The position numbers and the translations under genes are program-made. From a bacterium (GTDB lineage: Bacteria > Patescibacteriota > Minisyncoccia > Phycocordibacterales > UBA1006), in the NCBI GenBank assembly GCA_043771175.1, contig JAYVHO010000006.1, forward strand, positions 9,800-73,799: 64,000 nucleotides of DNA. Direction: 5' to 3'. How positions within the stretch are numbered: position 1 is the stretch's first letter; the number at the start of each line of letters is the position of its first letter. Shown piece by piece: positions 31,303 to 41,361 of this stretch. The notes beneath the pieces are model-generated. The model worked only from the letters and a program-made list of their open reading frames with translations. It did not search any database and was not told the DNA's origin.

Positions 31303-31560
31303 AATGGGCTAATTATAGCGTACTAGACTCTCGTTTGGCAATCAAATAACACTGTTGCGCGTATTGCGATATGCCACGTGGTTCGAAAAGAGGTTTTGCT
31401 CATTTTTTAATAAATTTTTGGAGGGGATTTTAAATACTTTTGAAACTTACTTTTTTAGGGTAACTGCATCATTATTTTTTCATAGTATTTAAGAACAAAA
31501 ACTCAAATACTTAACACATAAATTTACATTAGATAATTACTATGCTAGCATAAATTTATT

Positions 31561-32094
31561 ATGATTCGAATAGAAAAAGCAAGCCTAGAATTTATTCCTT
31601 CTATTTTTGACATCTATAAGAAGTCTTACTTCTCCACGTATCTCGATCAGGTAAAAGGTGCAGTAGCTGAGGATTTTGAAGAACTCTTCAGTGTTAAAAG
31701 TTTTGCAGGCTTTTCTAACTCTCTTGAAAAGAGGATATTTAATGATAATCCAAATGATATTACACTTTTTGTTTTTGATAAGCAAGCTCCAATTGGAATT
31801 TGTCGTGTAAGAATATTTTCAGATTATAACCAAATACAATCATTTTATCTTTTGCCTGAATATACAAATAAGGGGGTTGGAGGAAAAACAATGTCTTACA
31901 TAACCACATTTTTTAACAAAAACAACAAAACCATTGTTCAAGTTGCAAAAGAAAACTTTAGAGCTATAAAATTTTATGAAAAACATGGTTTTTCAAAAGC
32001 GAAAGAATCTCAAGAATATTCAAATGATTCACATACCTTACCTGTATCGAAAACTAAAATTACAGAAGTTGAACTAACTAAAAAACCAGAGTAA
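31561..32094 (+). CDS. GNAT family N-acetyltransferase
   Basis: YLLPEYTNKGVG, NFRAIKFYEKHGF. Confidence 0.9.
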   Translation: MIRIEKASLEFIPSIFDIYKKSYFSTYLDQVKGAVAEDFEELFSVKSFAGFSNSLEKRIFNDNPNDITLFVFDKQAPIGICRVRIFSDYNQIQSFYLLPEYTNKGVGGKTMSYITTFFNKNNKTIVQVAKENFRAIKFYEKHGFSKAKESQEYSNDSHTLPVSKTKITEVELTKKPE

Positions 32095-32110
32095 TGCACT
32101 CTGGTTTTTT
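32081..32110. terminator. Bidirectional terminator
   Basis: AAAAAACCAGAG-TAATGC-A-CTCTGGTTTTTT. Confidence 0.75.
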
Positions 32111-32136
32111 AAATAAATTCTTTTGTGTCAAAAGTC

Positions 32137-32697
32137 TTAAGCTGCACATGCCATTCTTGGTAAGGTATAGTCAATACTAAATATACCTGTTGATTCTTCT
32201 GTCGGTGCATCATAACGATCACAATTATGAAAACAAATGAGCTGATCTCTTGTTAGAGGCTTAAATGTCCATGGTTCAAAATGCAAGAAAACTTTGTCAT
32301 ATATCCTTCTTGTGTAGTCATATAAGACTTCAACCTGATCTCTTTCAATTTCGGTTTCAATTGGATGATGATGAAGGAATCTCCCAAATACATCAAAACA
32401 AAATTTATTATACTTTTGAGTACATAAGATGTGGGCGTGCCAAAAGGGATCAACTACATCTGAAACTGCATGCATGTTTTTTGAATCAATTAAAGCTATT
32501 GCCATATATTGCTTATATGCCTCAAAGCCATCATTGATGAATTCATCGTCCGTAGGTAACCCAACACCTTTTAGTAATTTTGGTACTACAGTCTTTTCAA
32601 TTGAAAAATCAGTAGCGTCAATCTCCATAAGCGCACCATGCAATTTACCTGAAATCAACCCCATGATTCCTGGGCGAATGTTCGAAATTATATTCAT
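32137..32697 (-). CDS. GRDP/DUF1399-like His-motif protein
   Basis: VDPFWHAHIL...Y..FC...FG.FLHHHP. Confidence 0.75.
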   Translation of the reverse strand: MNIISNIRPGIMGLISGKLHGALMEIDATDFSIEKTVVPKLLKGVGLPTDDEFINDGFEAYKQYMAIALIDSKNMHAVSDVVDPFWHAHILCTQKYNKFCFDVFGRFLHHHPIETEIERDQVEVLYDYTRRIYDKVFLHFEPWTFKPLTRDQLICFHNCDRYDAPTEESTGIFSIDYTLPRMACAA

Positions 32698-32783
32698 TTT
32701 TTAAAATATTTAAATTAGATCTCATTATATGGGAAATTATGAAGTTTATCAAGTTTAGATAAAATATATTAATAGTATGAAAA

Positions 32784-32842
32784 CCCGCCTTCACTAAACC
32801 TACTTCGCCAAGACTACGAGGGTCACGAGCTATGGCGGGCAA
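32784..32842. repeat. REP-like palindromic element, apparently nested
   Basis: Outer arms CCCGCC...GGCGGG; GC-rich patch in AT-rich intergenic DNA. Confidence 0.5.
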
Positions 32843-32898
32843 ACAAAAAACCCTCATCGGGACTAAACGATAAGGGTTCTTTGTATTAACAATATTGT

Positions 32899-33501
32899 CT
32901 ATGCTTTGAGAAGTTCAATTGATTGGTTTTCTATATTTCGCATTGTGCGAGTTACGATTGTAACATAGTCCGGTCGAATAGTAGGTGGGTTATAGGCATT
33001 GAGAATTTCAGTGACTGACTTGTCAGCGTAGTAAGATTCAGTTTTTGGATTATTTCCAGACAGGTTTTTTGCAACAATATCAATTCCATGTTCAAAAGAA
33101 CTAAAATTAATCTTACAAGAACCCCATCCTAATCCACTGAATGTTGCTTTCTTACATGCTTGTTTGAATCCAGTAGATTCAATCATAGCAATCGACGGAA
33201 CTAACCGCCAGTCAATATCATACTTGTCAGCATAAAATACGAATTCCTCCGCATAATCTGCCGCAGGTAATGAACGAGCATCAAAGAATGCTCGGATCTT
33301 CAAAACACGAGGATCTTCTTTTGGTTTTGATTTCTCAGGAGAAACTAAAACTTGAGAAGACACTATAGCTTCACCACCAATCATTGTCGTTTCGAGTACT
33401 TGTGCGCTAACTGATGCTGGAAAGAGGCCCATAGACATGACTCCAGCTATATTAAGTAGCACTACCGCAAAACGACGAACTTTATTTGTAAATAAATCCA
33501 T
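32899..33501 (-). CDS. Secreted lysozyme-like/glucosaminidase-like protein
   Basis: Signal peptide; ADKYDIDWRLVPSIAMIESTG...GWG...YNPP. Confidence 0.75.
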   Translation of the reverse strand: MDLFTNKVRRFAVVLLNIAGVMSMGLFPASVSAQVLETTMIGGEAIVSSQVLVSPEKSKPKEDPRVLKIRAFFDARSLPAADYAEEFVFYADKYDIDWRLVPSIAMIESTGFKQACKKATFSGLGWGSCKINFSSFEHGIDIVAKNLSGNNPKTESYYADKSVTEILNAYNPPTIRPDYVTIVTRTMRNIENQSIELLKA

Positions 33502-33640
33502 AAATGAGGATTTGTGCTCCCTCGTAACATTCCTTGGGTGGTAGAAGATTTTTATAAAAGCTTACGTTTTTACAAAAAACGCACCGTAAATTACTTTATC
33601 AGTACGTCTCTATAATAGCATATTTGGGACTAAAAGTCAA
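33502..33640 (-). promoter_or_regulatory. Sigma70 promoter plus ~100-nt structured 5' leader
   Basis: TTGACT-17 nt-TATTAT with extended TG; hairpin 33578-33608 with GUAA tetraloop. Confidence 0.6.
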
Positions 33641-33669
33641 AGAATGCAATGATTTTAATCTTTTGTCAA

Positions 33670-34356
33670 CTAATCTTTTTTAAAAGTGTTTGCAATAGTT
33701 ATTCCAACCTCATCTTCAATAATAACATCCTTTACGGCACCAGGAATTGAAGCTGAAGCATAGTTAATATTAAACTTTGTTCTATTAAAGCTAAAGGTTC
33801 CGGTAATAGTTACCATTCCTGAATCATTTCTTACTACTACGGGGATTGAAATTTCTTGAGTCTTACCTTTAATGGTTAAATCACCTGTTAACAGTGCGGT
33901 ACCACCCACCAGCGCAGCAGAAGATGTCAGTACAAATGTTCCAGTCTTATAAGTTTCTACATTAAAGAAATCTTTTCCTTTTAAATCATTTTCAAGCTTT
34001 TCTTTTCCTTTGCCTAATTCAAGATCAAGTGCGGTAATAGTATCTAGCGCAAATTCCAGATCAGCTTTGAGGATAACTGCCCCATCTGTTTCAAAGGTTG
34101 CCTTTGAAATTTCTACCGTACCATTATGTCCACCTCCAACTCTCTTTTTGGCATTCCATCCAATTGTTTGACCTGGTGTAATGGTATATGTTCCCGCAGC
34201 AATATTTTCACCAGTATTTGTAGCTACATCATCTTTTATTTGAGTATCATCAATAGGGCCATTGCCACCCAAACTTGGTGTATCTTTTTTAAGCGTTAGT
34301 AAAACTCCTGCTATAACTATCGTTAAAATTACCGCAATTAATATTTTTGTCTTCAT
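33670..34356 (-). CDS. YceI family protein
   Basis: HNGTV, LKGKDFFNVETY, GDLTIKGKT, FNRTKFNINY. Confidence 0.92.
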   Translation of the reverse strand: MKTKILIAVILTIVIAGVLLTLKKDTPSLGGNGPIDDTQIKDDVATNTGENIAAGTYTITPGQTIGWNAKKRVGGGHNGTVEISKATFETDGAVILKADLEFALDTITALDLELGKGKEKLENDLKGKDFFNVETYKTGTFVLTSSAALVGGTALLTGDLTIKGKTQEISIPVVVRNDSGMVTITGTFSFNRTKFNINYASASIPGAVKDVIIEDEVGITIANTFKKD

Positions 34357-34395
34357 ATGAATATTACTATACCATATTTGATATACTATTAACAT

Positions 34396-34695
34396 ATGAA
34401 ACCTTTTGTATTTAAAAGTCTTGTTGTAATAATTTCACTGGGTATATTCTTTTTTGTGTGGAAGATATTTTTTCAGAAAGAAAATACCGTTATTCCCGTG
34501 GTTCAACAGACCCCCGGCACCCAACCACTACTTGGTAAACCGGTAGAAATTCTTGATGCTCAAATTATTCAAGAAAATAGTTTCAATGATTCAAATTACA
34601 CTCCTTCTGAACATGATTTTAATGAGTCTCAAAAACCATCAAAAAAAGAAATAACCGACGAAGATCTTCCACTTACTACTCCTGAATTTAATTAA
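34396..34695 (+). CDS. Small membrane-anchored hypothetical protein
   Basis: N-terminal TM, TATACT upstream, terminator directly downstream. Confidence 0.7.
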   Translation: MKPFVFKSLVVIISLGIFFFVWKIFFQKENTVIPVVQQTPGTQPLLGKPVEILDAQIIQENSFNDSNYTPSEHDFNESQKPSKKEITDEDLPLTTPEFN

Positions 34696-34727
34696 AAAGA
34701 GGGGCACCTACGGCGCCCCTCTTTTTA
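34694..34727. terminator. Bidirectional terminator
   Basis: AAAAAGAGGGGC-ACCTACGGC-GCCCCTCTTTTT. Confidence 0.8.
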
Positions 34728-34733
34728 ATAACC

Positions 34734-35528
34734 TTATTTAATTCTATACACAATAGTTACGGTAGCTGTTGTGGTTTCTGTTCCAATGTTAATTGGTGCA
34801 GAAGGTGCTGCTGACACACTGTCCATAGATGCCATTTCCGCCTTTGCATAGTACATCGGTTGAGGGTATCCACCATCACCATTTTCGCTGAATGAAACAA
34901 TCTTACCCAATCGTACATCAAGTGATTTTGCTAACTTTTTTGCGCTTTCGCGAGCCTGAGCAATTGCTTTTTCACGAGCTTCTGTTTTTTGTTTAATAGG
35001 ATCTTCTATTTTCATATCTGGTCCGTTTACTGAATATACTTTTGCAGCAGTAATGATTCCCATAAAATCAGAAGATTTTGCAAGATCACGAACTTTTATA
35101 GTTTCATTATGAAACACTTCATATCCCACTAATTTACTTTCTCCGGGTGGACAATTGTATTGTGTACATTTTGGTTGAGTATACTCATATTTTGGGTTCA
35201 CGGTGTGTGACTGTGTTTTGATGTCGTCATCCTTAATTCCCGCTGATTTTAAATCATTTGAAAGCTTTTCAATATCTGCCTTAATAACATCTTCTGCCTC
35301 TTTTGAAGTCTTACCTTCCCCGCGAAGTGAATACGTAATCACGGCAATATCAGGCTTGGTGTTAACTTCCGCATTTCCGGTAACGGTAATGGTGTTTTGA
35401 GCATCATTAACGGAACCTTGTTGCTTGGTAAAGGTGATTCCAGTAATAAGGATAATAATTGCGGCAATAGAAAGGAATACCCCTCCACTGGCAAAAAGAA
35501 ATTGTTTGTAGGTTTCTGTTTTGTTCAT
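34734..35528 (-). CDS. SIMPL (DUF541) domain protein
   Basis: TITVTGNAEV.TKPDIA, AREKAIAQARESAKKLA. Confidence 0.92.
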   Translation of the reverse strand: MNKTETYKQFLFASGGVFLSIAAIIILITGITFTKQQGSVNDAQNTITVTGNAEVNTKPDIAVITYSLRGEGKTSKEAEDVIKADIEKLSNDLKSAGIKDDDIKTQSHTVNPKYEYTQPKCTQYNCPPGESKLVGYEVFHNETIKVRDLAKSSDFMGIITAAKVYSVNGPDMKIEDPIKQKTEAREKAIAQARESAKKLAKSLDVRLGKIVSFSENGDGGYPQPMYYAKAEMASMDSVSAAPSAPINIGTETTTATVTIVYRIK

Positions 35529-35534
35529 ATGTAC

Positions 35535-36935
35535 TTAGTATAACGTACGGGAATTATCATTATTACGCACCCATCGTATAATGTATTGTTTTACATCACT
35601 TTTTTTCTCTACCCCACTGCGTGCCATATATCGAACCAGTCCAAAAATAGGTCTTGTAAACCACGGACGATCATGTAGTCCCGCAATACTCCACAAACAT
35701 CCAACATAGCCATTTGGGTCTCGCCCATCAAATTCATAGGTATCGTTTAAATATATTGCAACTTTAAGAGCTTGTTCTGGTGTTTGCGTCCATTCTAGTA
35801 TTTTTTTTGCCCAATACATACGCATATAACCATGCATTTTCCCTGTTTGTATCATTTCGTTTTGACATGCGTTCCATAATTCATCATGAGTTTTTGCTTC
35901 TTCAAATTCCTTTTTGGTATAAATATATTCTCGAATATCAGTTCTATGATCATCTAATGTTTGAAGTGCCCATGGGGCAGCACCTTTTAATGAATCGTAA
36001 TTTTTATTATAGTAACAAAAATTATCAGAAAGTTCACGACGAACGATTAATTCTTCTAAAAATGAATCTTTACTGGTACCAATCATTTCACCAGCAACCA
36101 ATTCAAATATTTCTTGTGCGGCAATAACTCCATAATGTAAATAGGGAGAAAGCCCAGAAACACCTTGTTCGTTGGCGTTGTTACGAGTAGTATCATAGTT
36201 ATTATGACCAATAAGTTTTTTAAGTAGTGTATATGGTTCATTGATGTTATTTTTAGGGAACAATTCCAAAACCCCACCCTTTAAATCACCTATCACTATA
36301 GTATTAATAATGTTTTGAGTTTTAACCAATAAATCTTTACTAAAAAATTGTTTTTGAAATGATAATAATTCTTTATGATTTTTTTTATCATATTTTTTTA
36401 CAATATTCATATATTTATGAATCTTAGGGCGAATCGTGCGTGCAGCAAATTCCTGTTTGATACTCGTAACCCATACCGGAATAATATTATGAGTATCAAC
36501 TATTTCAAATCCATAATTTCCACCTTGGCATACTGACTCTTTCCATGCTCGTTGAGTTTTTAAAGGAGAAAAATCTGTTACCACATGACATACATGAAGC
36601 TTTTTAAAAAGAGAAATCATTTCAGTAATTGCATCCGACGAGACAAAAATTTTAAAACAAATATTTTTGTCTTCTGCTTGTTTTACCAAATCAGTTAAAA
36701 TTCCTTTTTTAAACCATTGTTGGCGTCCGCTGCCGCCCAAAAAATCTGGATCATAATTAAACCATACTTCACAAACTCTATTTTTCTGTTTTGCAATTTC
36801 AAGAGCTCGATCAAATGCGTGATTATAGGTAAAACGCATATCACGGTCCATCCAGTAAATAACAGGACCAGTATGTTCCATGTTTATAGTACGAATTATT
36901 TGAACTCTTGATTTTTCAATATCAATTTCTTCCAT
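35535..36935 (-). CDS. phr: Class II CPD photolyase
   Basis: SGLSPYLHYG, GKMHGYMRMYWAKKILEW, DGRDPNGYVG, HDR. Confidence 0.95.
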   Translation of the reverse strand: MEEIDIEKSRVQIIRTINMEHTGPVIYWMDRDMRFTYNHAFDRALEIAKQKNRVCEVWFNYDPDFLGGSGRQQWFKKGILTDLVKQAEDKNICFKIFVSSDAITEMISLFKKLHVCHVVTDFSPLKTQRAWKESVCQGGNYGFEIVDTHNIIPVWVTSIKQEFAARTIRPKIHKYMNIVKKYDKKNHKELLSFQKQFFSKDLLVKTQNIINTIVIGDLKGGVLELFPKNNINEPYTLLKKLIGHNNYDTTRNNANEQGVSGLSPYLHYGVIAAQEIFELVAGEMIGTSKDSFLEELIVRRELSDNFCYYNKNYDSLKGAAPWALQTLDDHRTDIREYIYTKKEFEEAKTHDELWNACQNEMIQTGKMHGYMRMYWAKKILEWTQTPEQALKVAIYLNDTYEFDGRDPNGYVGCLWSIAGLHDRPWFTRPIFGLVRYMARSGVEKKSDVKQYIIRWVRNNDNSRTLY

Positions 36936-36956
36936 TATTTGAGAATACCACAGAAT

Positions 36957-38183
36957 TTAATTTTCGTCTGGTGCTTTATCCAGAATAAGAGTTTTTAACA
37001 TTTCTTTTCCCTCATGATTTATTTTGATACTCATAGAAACTCCGATTTTTTTGCTTCTCACAATAGAAGAAAGAGTATTTTTGTCAGTTATTTTCTCTCC
37101 ATCTATTTCTAAAATAATGTCATTTTCAACAATCCCCGCTTTATTTGCAGGAGACCCAGGTATTACCGCCACTTCACCTGGCTGCCCACTACGCTGTACC
37201 AATACGCCATAATCATATTTTAAATTATTAGCTTTTTTGATAGTATCATCAATAGGAATATATCGTACTCCCAAAAATGGACGTACGACTTTTCCTGTTT
37301 TTGAAACAGAATCAACAATATCTTTTACCACATCAGATGGTACCGCAAACCCAATATTTTGTGAACCTTGTGCTACCGCAACATTTACCCCAATCACAAA
37401 CCCACCACTATCTAAAAGTGGTCCTCCAGAATTTCCTGAGTTAATAGCAGCATCTGTTTGAATAAGTTTGTCGAGTGATTCTGCATTACCCTGCATGTCT
37501 GATGCCGTGATACTGCGTGTTAAACCACTTACAATTCCTTTTGTTACCGAGTTTTTAAATTCACCCAGTGCATTACCAATAGCAATAACGTCTTGCCCCA
37601 GTTCAATAGTGCGTGAACTTCCAAACGCCAGAGGCACAAATGTATCAGATCCTTTATTCTTAATCTTAAGCACTGCAATATCCACCACAGGATCACCCCC
37701 CACCACTTCTACATCATATTTTTTACCATTGTTTAATACTGCAACATATGTGGCGTTCTTGTCAGCCACTACATGATTATTGGTAATTATCATTCCAGAA
37801 CTACTCACAAAAAAGCCACTTCCTCCACCTATTTCTTTTTCTTCTGTTCCATTTTGTACATATTGTGGAAACAGATTTCCAAATTGTCCAAACCCAAACA
37901 TTCCAAAAGGATCTTGTATGTTCATATTATTTTGCACACGCTCCAGTTTGGGAACTTCTTTTGAAATAATAATTGAAACCACGGATTCATTTGCTTTTTT
38001 TACAATAGCAACGGTATTTAATTCATTTTTTGAATAGTTTTTATTTGAAGAAATAATTTCAGGAGCAATACTGATTGAACGATAATCAATATATCTTGTA
38101 ATAATTGCGGTAGTAATAAGAGAAGAAAGCAGGGTTGAAACTGCCACGGTGATAATAAGTTTTCCTTGCTCGATGTCTTTCAT
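36957..38183 (-). CDS. HtrA/DegP-like serine protease with PDZ domain
   Basis: TNNHVV, DIAVLK, TDAAINSGNSGGPL, C-terminal PDZ. Confidence 0.96.
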   Translation of the reverse strand: MKDIEQGKLIITVAVSTLLSSLITTAIITRYIDYRSISIAPEIISSNKNYSKNELNTVAIVKKANESVVSIIISKEVPKLERVQNNMNIQDPFGMFGFGQFGNLFPQYVQNGTEEKEIGGGSGFFVSSSGMIITNNHVVADKNATYVAVLNNGKKYDVEVVGGDPVVDIAVLKIKNKGSDTFVPLAFGSSRTIELGQDVIAIGNALGEFKNSVTKGIVSGLTRSITASDMQGNAESLDKLIQTDAAINSGNSGGPLLDSGGFVIGVNVAVAQGSQNIGFAVPSDVVKDIVDSVSKTGKVVRPFLGVRYIPIDDTIKKANNLKYDYGVLVQRSGQPGEVAVIPGSPANKAGIVENDIILEIDGEKITDKNTLSSIVRSKKIGVSMSIKINHEGKEMLKTLILDKAPDEN

Positions 38184-38283
38184 ATAAAATAGTATAACTA
38201 ATAATGTTTGTTATTTTATCTGAGGATTTATGAAAAAAATATGAATATTTAATACCATAGAGAAAAAACCAATTAATATACCC

Positions 38284-41022
38284 CTATTTCTTAAACCGTG
38301 AAAAAATCTCTGCTTCAACTTCTGCTCGTGGTGTTCCATATTTAAGTTGTGAAAGTTGTTTAAGTTTTTCAATTTGATCAAAATTACCCTCTTTCAAACG
38401 TAGAGTCTTAATATTAAATGCACGCTGTGGGACTCCACCAGAAAGCATAGAAATATACGCCGTTTGATTTTTCTGTTTGATAATATCCTCTTTGGTAAAC
38501 ACTGGTTCAAGACGTTTTTGAAGCTGTTCGGCATCGTCAGGATCTACTCTAAAAACAGCAATGGTTCCCACATTTCCAAATACCGCATTTTTAATATTGT
38601 CATCAAGCTGACGCAAGTATTGATGAGCCACATTTAAAGAAAGTCTATATTTACGAGCTTCTGACAAAATAGAAGCAATAGACGGTGTGGTAATATTTTG
38701 AAACTCATCTAAATATAAATAAAAATCTCTATGCTTGGTACCATGAGCTGCCCCCGCTCGCCCCAGTGCCGCCATTTGGATTTTATTCACCAGTAAAAGC
38801 CCAATTAAACTTGAATTAATTTCACCGAGTCGCCCTTTTGAAAGGTTAACCAATAAAATTTTTCCTTGATCCATAATTTCACGAATATTAATGGAAGATT
38901 TTTGTTGCAAAATTATGGGACGTAAAAACTCATTGGTAATAAACGGGTCAAAGAACCGTGACACATATGGCACAAAATTTTCCATCTTTTGATCACCGGT
39001 GGCTTTTTTGGCATTTTCAAAGAATTGATTAATAATAGGATTTTTACATTTTGAAAGTTTCATATTTCTGAATTCCTCATCACCTAATACGCGAGTGATT
39101 TCAAGAAGGGTGCTTCCTGACTGCGGATCTTCCATAACCAACATGGCAGAGTTTTTAAAATATTGTTCAAACGCAGGGCCGGCAGTTGCTTTTAGATCAA
39201 ATAATTTATTAAAAATAACCATCAGCTCATCTATCACTAATGTTTTTTGTTCAGGATACAGTGGATCATATTCCAACATATTTAAACCCATAGGGCGTTC
39301 AATATTTGCTGGGTCAAAATAAATAACGTCATCCATACGTTCTGGAGGAATCATAGAAAGTATAGATTGGATGTCGTTCCCGTGCGGATCAAAATATGCC
39401 ACTCCTTCTCCATTTTTAATATCTTGTTCAATCAGTGTCATCAGGGCTCCTGTTTTACCGGTACCAGTTTGCCCAATAGCATAAAAATGTCGTACTCGGT
39501 CTTCTTTGGGATAATGAATATTTGTTTCTTTTCCGCCATGAACATTAATTCCCAGGAGTATTCCTTCTTGCAGAAGCTCCAATGGTGCGGGTGCTGTTTT
39601 TGCTTCATTAAATTTAACTTCAGGCAAAAGATTTTGATTTAGTTGAGGAAAATGAAACAATGTAGCAAGCTCTTCTGTTCCTAAAATAAAATCCTCATTT
39701 CCCTTTGATTCTCTAAAAATAAATTGTGTGATAAATTCATCTAAATGTTTATCTTCAATACGTTTTGCAATATACGAATTTCCTGATGGATGTCTCATTT
39801 GCATAATAGACCCACCAATTTCAGTTATTAAAGAATCTGATTTTTGCTTGGTTTGACCGCAGACTATAATACCCACAGAAACTCTAAACAAATGATGAGA
39901 AAGTTTTTTCTGTAACAATGATTGACGCTCAGTATCATCATGACTTTTGGTTACTTCTTCTGTTTTTTCACTTCCCATAAATAATGATGTTAGTGCTTTG
40001 GTAACAACATGTTTTGAAGCCTCAGACACAGCATGTTTCATTTTTGAACCTTTCAATAAAAGCTTATTTACCTCTTCTAATTCTTTTCTGTCTTCTTTAT
40101 GTTCTTTTGAAAAGGTGATTTGAATGGTTGCACCTTCTTTATCTTTTTCAAGACGCGACAACATATTAACAATCACTTGCAGCGGGTCTGTCTCATAATC
40201 ATTATATGATGGCAAGGTGTATGCACTGTGTTCTTTTAACGTTACTTCTGCAGCACTTAAAAATCCTGATTCCATAAACATATTAGTGTCATCAAACAAT
40301 TCTTTAATTTGTATAGTGGGGAAAAATCCCACGATTGATTTTTCTACCGCAACTTTTTTATCTTTTGGTACCGCTATAAAAAAGACAATCTGTCCACGCG
40401 ATGGTAAAAAAGAGATTTCAAAACTAATACTTGTTTCATCATCCAGTATTGATGAAAATGAAGAATATATCTGCTCCATAGTTGCTGCCAAACTTTTATG
40501 ATTTATTTTTTCTCCCTGATGATCTGGCTGAATGGTAATTTCTAGAAGTGATTTGTGAGTTGGTTCAAAAAAACGTTTTTCAATAATTGGTTCTGCACCA
40601 TTTTGCTTTAAGTATGTTTGTACATACTGAACTAAAAACCTATGAAAATCATCTTCAATATGAGGATTGTGCAGTCCTTCAATTAAAGAAAGTGTCTTGG
40701 CAACACCATGCAACTGCATAAAAGAAAAAACAACCGCCATGTTTTCATCATGTGATTCTGGCGTTAATATTCTTCTTACTTCTTCAAAGAGTTGTTGATT
40801 TTGTTGTTCTGCAAGTGGTATTATTTCTGTCGCTTGTGGTGCCGTGGTCATTACGGTTTTTGAAACTTCTATTTGCTGCTTCATGGGAACTGCCGCAAAT
40901 TCAGGTTTTTTAAATGCTTCATGATTTCTATAATATTCAAGTTCTTGTTTGATATGGTCAGGAAGCTGTTCGTGTGACGGAGGGTTTGGTATAAAATTTT
41001 GTTTCATGGGAATACCATTCAT
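38284..41022 (-). CDS. VirD4/TraG-like ATPase (coupling-protein family)
   Basis: Walker A GQTGTGKT, DPHG, Walker B LYLDEFQN, SEARKY, AHQY. Confidence 0.9.
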   Translation of the reverse strand: MNGIPMKQNFIPNPPSHEQLPDHIKQELEYYRNHEAFKKPEFAAVPMKQQIEVSKTVMTTAPQATEIIPLAEQQNQQLFEEVRRILTPESHDENMAVVFSFMQLHGVAKTLSLIEGLHNPHIEDDFHRFLVQYVQTYLKQNGAEPIIEKRFFEPTHKSLLEITIQPDHQGEKINHKSLAATMEQIYSSFSSILDDETSISFEISFLPSRGQIVFFIAVPKDKKVAVEKSIVGFFPTIQIKELFDDTNMFMESGFLSAAEVTLKEHSAYTLPSYNDYETDPLQVIVNMLSRLEKDKEGATIQITFSKEHKEDRKELEEVNKLLLKGSKMKHAVSEASKHVVTKALTSLFMGSEKTEEVTKSHDDTERQSLLQKKLSHHLFRVSVGIIVCGQTKQKSDSLITEIGGSIMQMRHPSGNSYIAKRIEDKHLDEFITQFIFRESKGNEDFILGTEELATLFHFPQLNQNLLPEVKFNEAKTAPAPLELLQEGILLGINVHGGKETNIHYPKEDRVRHFYAIGQTGTGKTGALMTLIEQDIKNGEGVAYFDPHGNDIQSILSMIPPERMDDVIYFDPANIERPMGLNMLEYDPLYPEQKTLVIDELMVIFNKLFDLKATAGPAFEQYFKNSAMLVMEDPQSGSTLLEITRVLGDEEFRNMKLSKCKNPIINQFFENAKKATGDQKMENFVPYVSRFFDPFITNEFLRPIILQQKSSINIREIMDQGKILLVNLSKGRLGEINSSLIGLLLVNKIQMAALGRAGAAHGTKHRDFYLYLDEFQNITTPSIASILSEARKYRLSLNVAHQYLRQLDDNIKNAVFGNVGTIAVFRVDPDDAEQLQKRLEPVFTKEDIIKQKNQTAYISMLSGGVPQRAFNIKTLRLKEGNFDQIEKLKQLSQLKYGTPRAEVEAEIFSRFKK

Positions 41023-41083
41023 GAGTCAAGTATATCATCACGCTATTTATTTTTTTCAAAAAAATAAAACCACTTTCGTGGTT

Positions 41084-41335
41084 TTATTTAAAACTAATTA
41101 CTCCAGAATCCTTAAGGGCTGCAAGAGCTCCTTTTTTGGTGATAGTTCTTAGTCCCTTCGCAGAAACTAATAGTGTGATAGTTTCTCCTAATTCTGGGAT
41201 TAAGATAGTTTTTTTGTGGAGATTCGCAAATTTGCGTTTCATTCCCGTTGGGTTAAATTTAGTAGCACGAGTACGGTTAGAGTACCCTCCTCCCATAATA
41301 CTTGATTTTCCTGTGATTGCGCATTCTTTTGCCAT
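41084..41335 (-). CDS. rpmB: 50S ribosomal protein L28
   Basis: MAKECAITGK...RKFANLH...VSAKGLRT. Confidence 0.95.
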   Translation of the reverse strand: MAKECAITGKSSIMGGGYSNRTRATKFNPTGMKRKFANLHKKTILIPELGETITLLVSAKGLRTITKKGALAALKDSGVISFK

Positions 41336-41361
41336 AGTGTTACTAAAATACCATATAAATA

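Noticed and set aside
31340-31430. Slightly GC-rich intergenic patch
   Set aside because: No convincing stem or repeat found by eye
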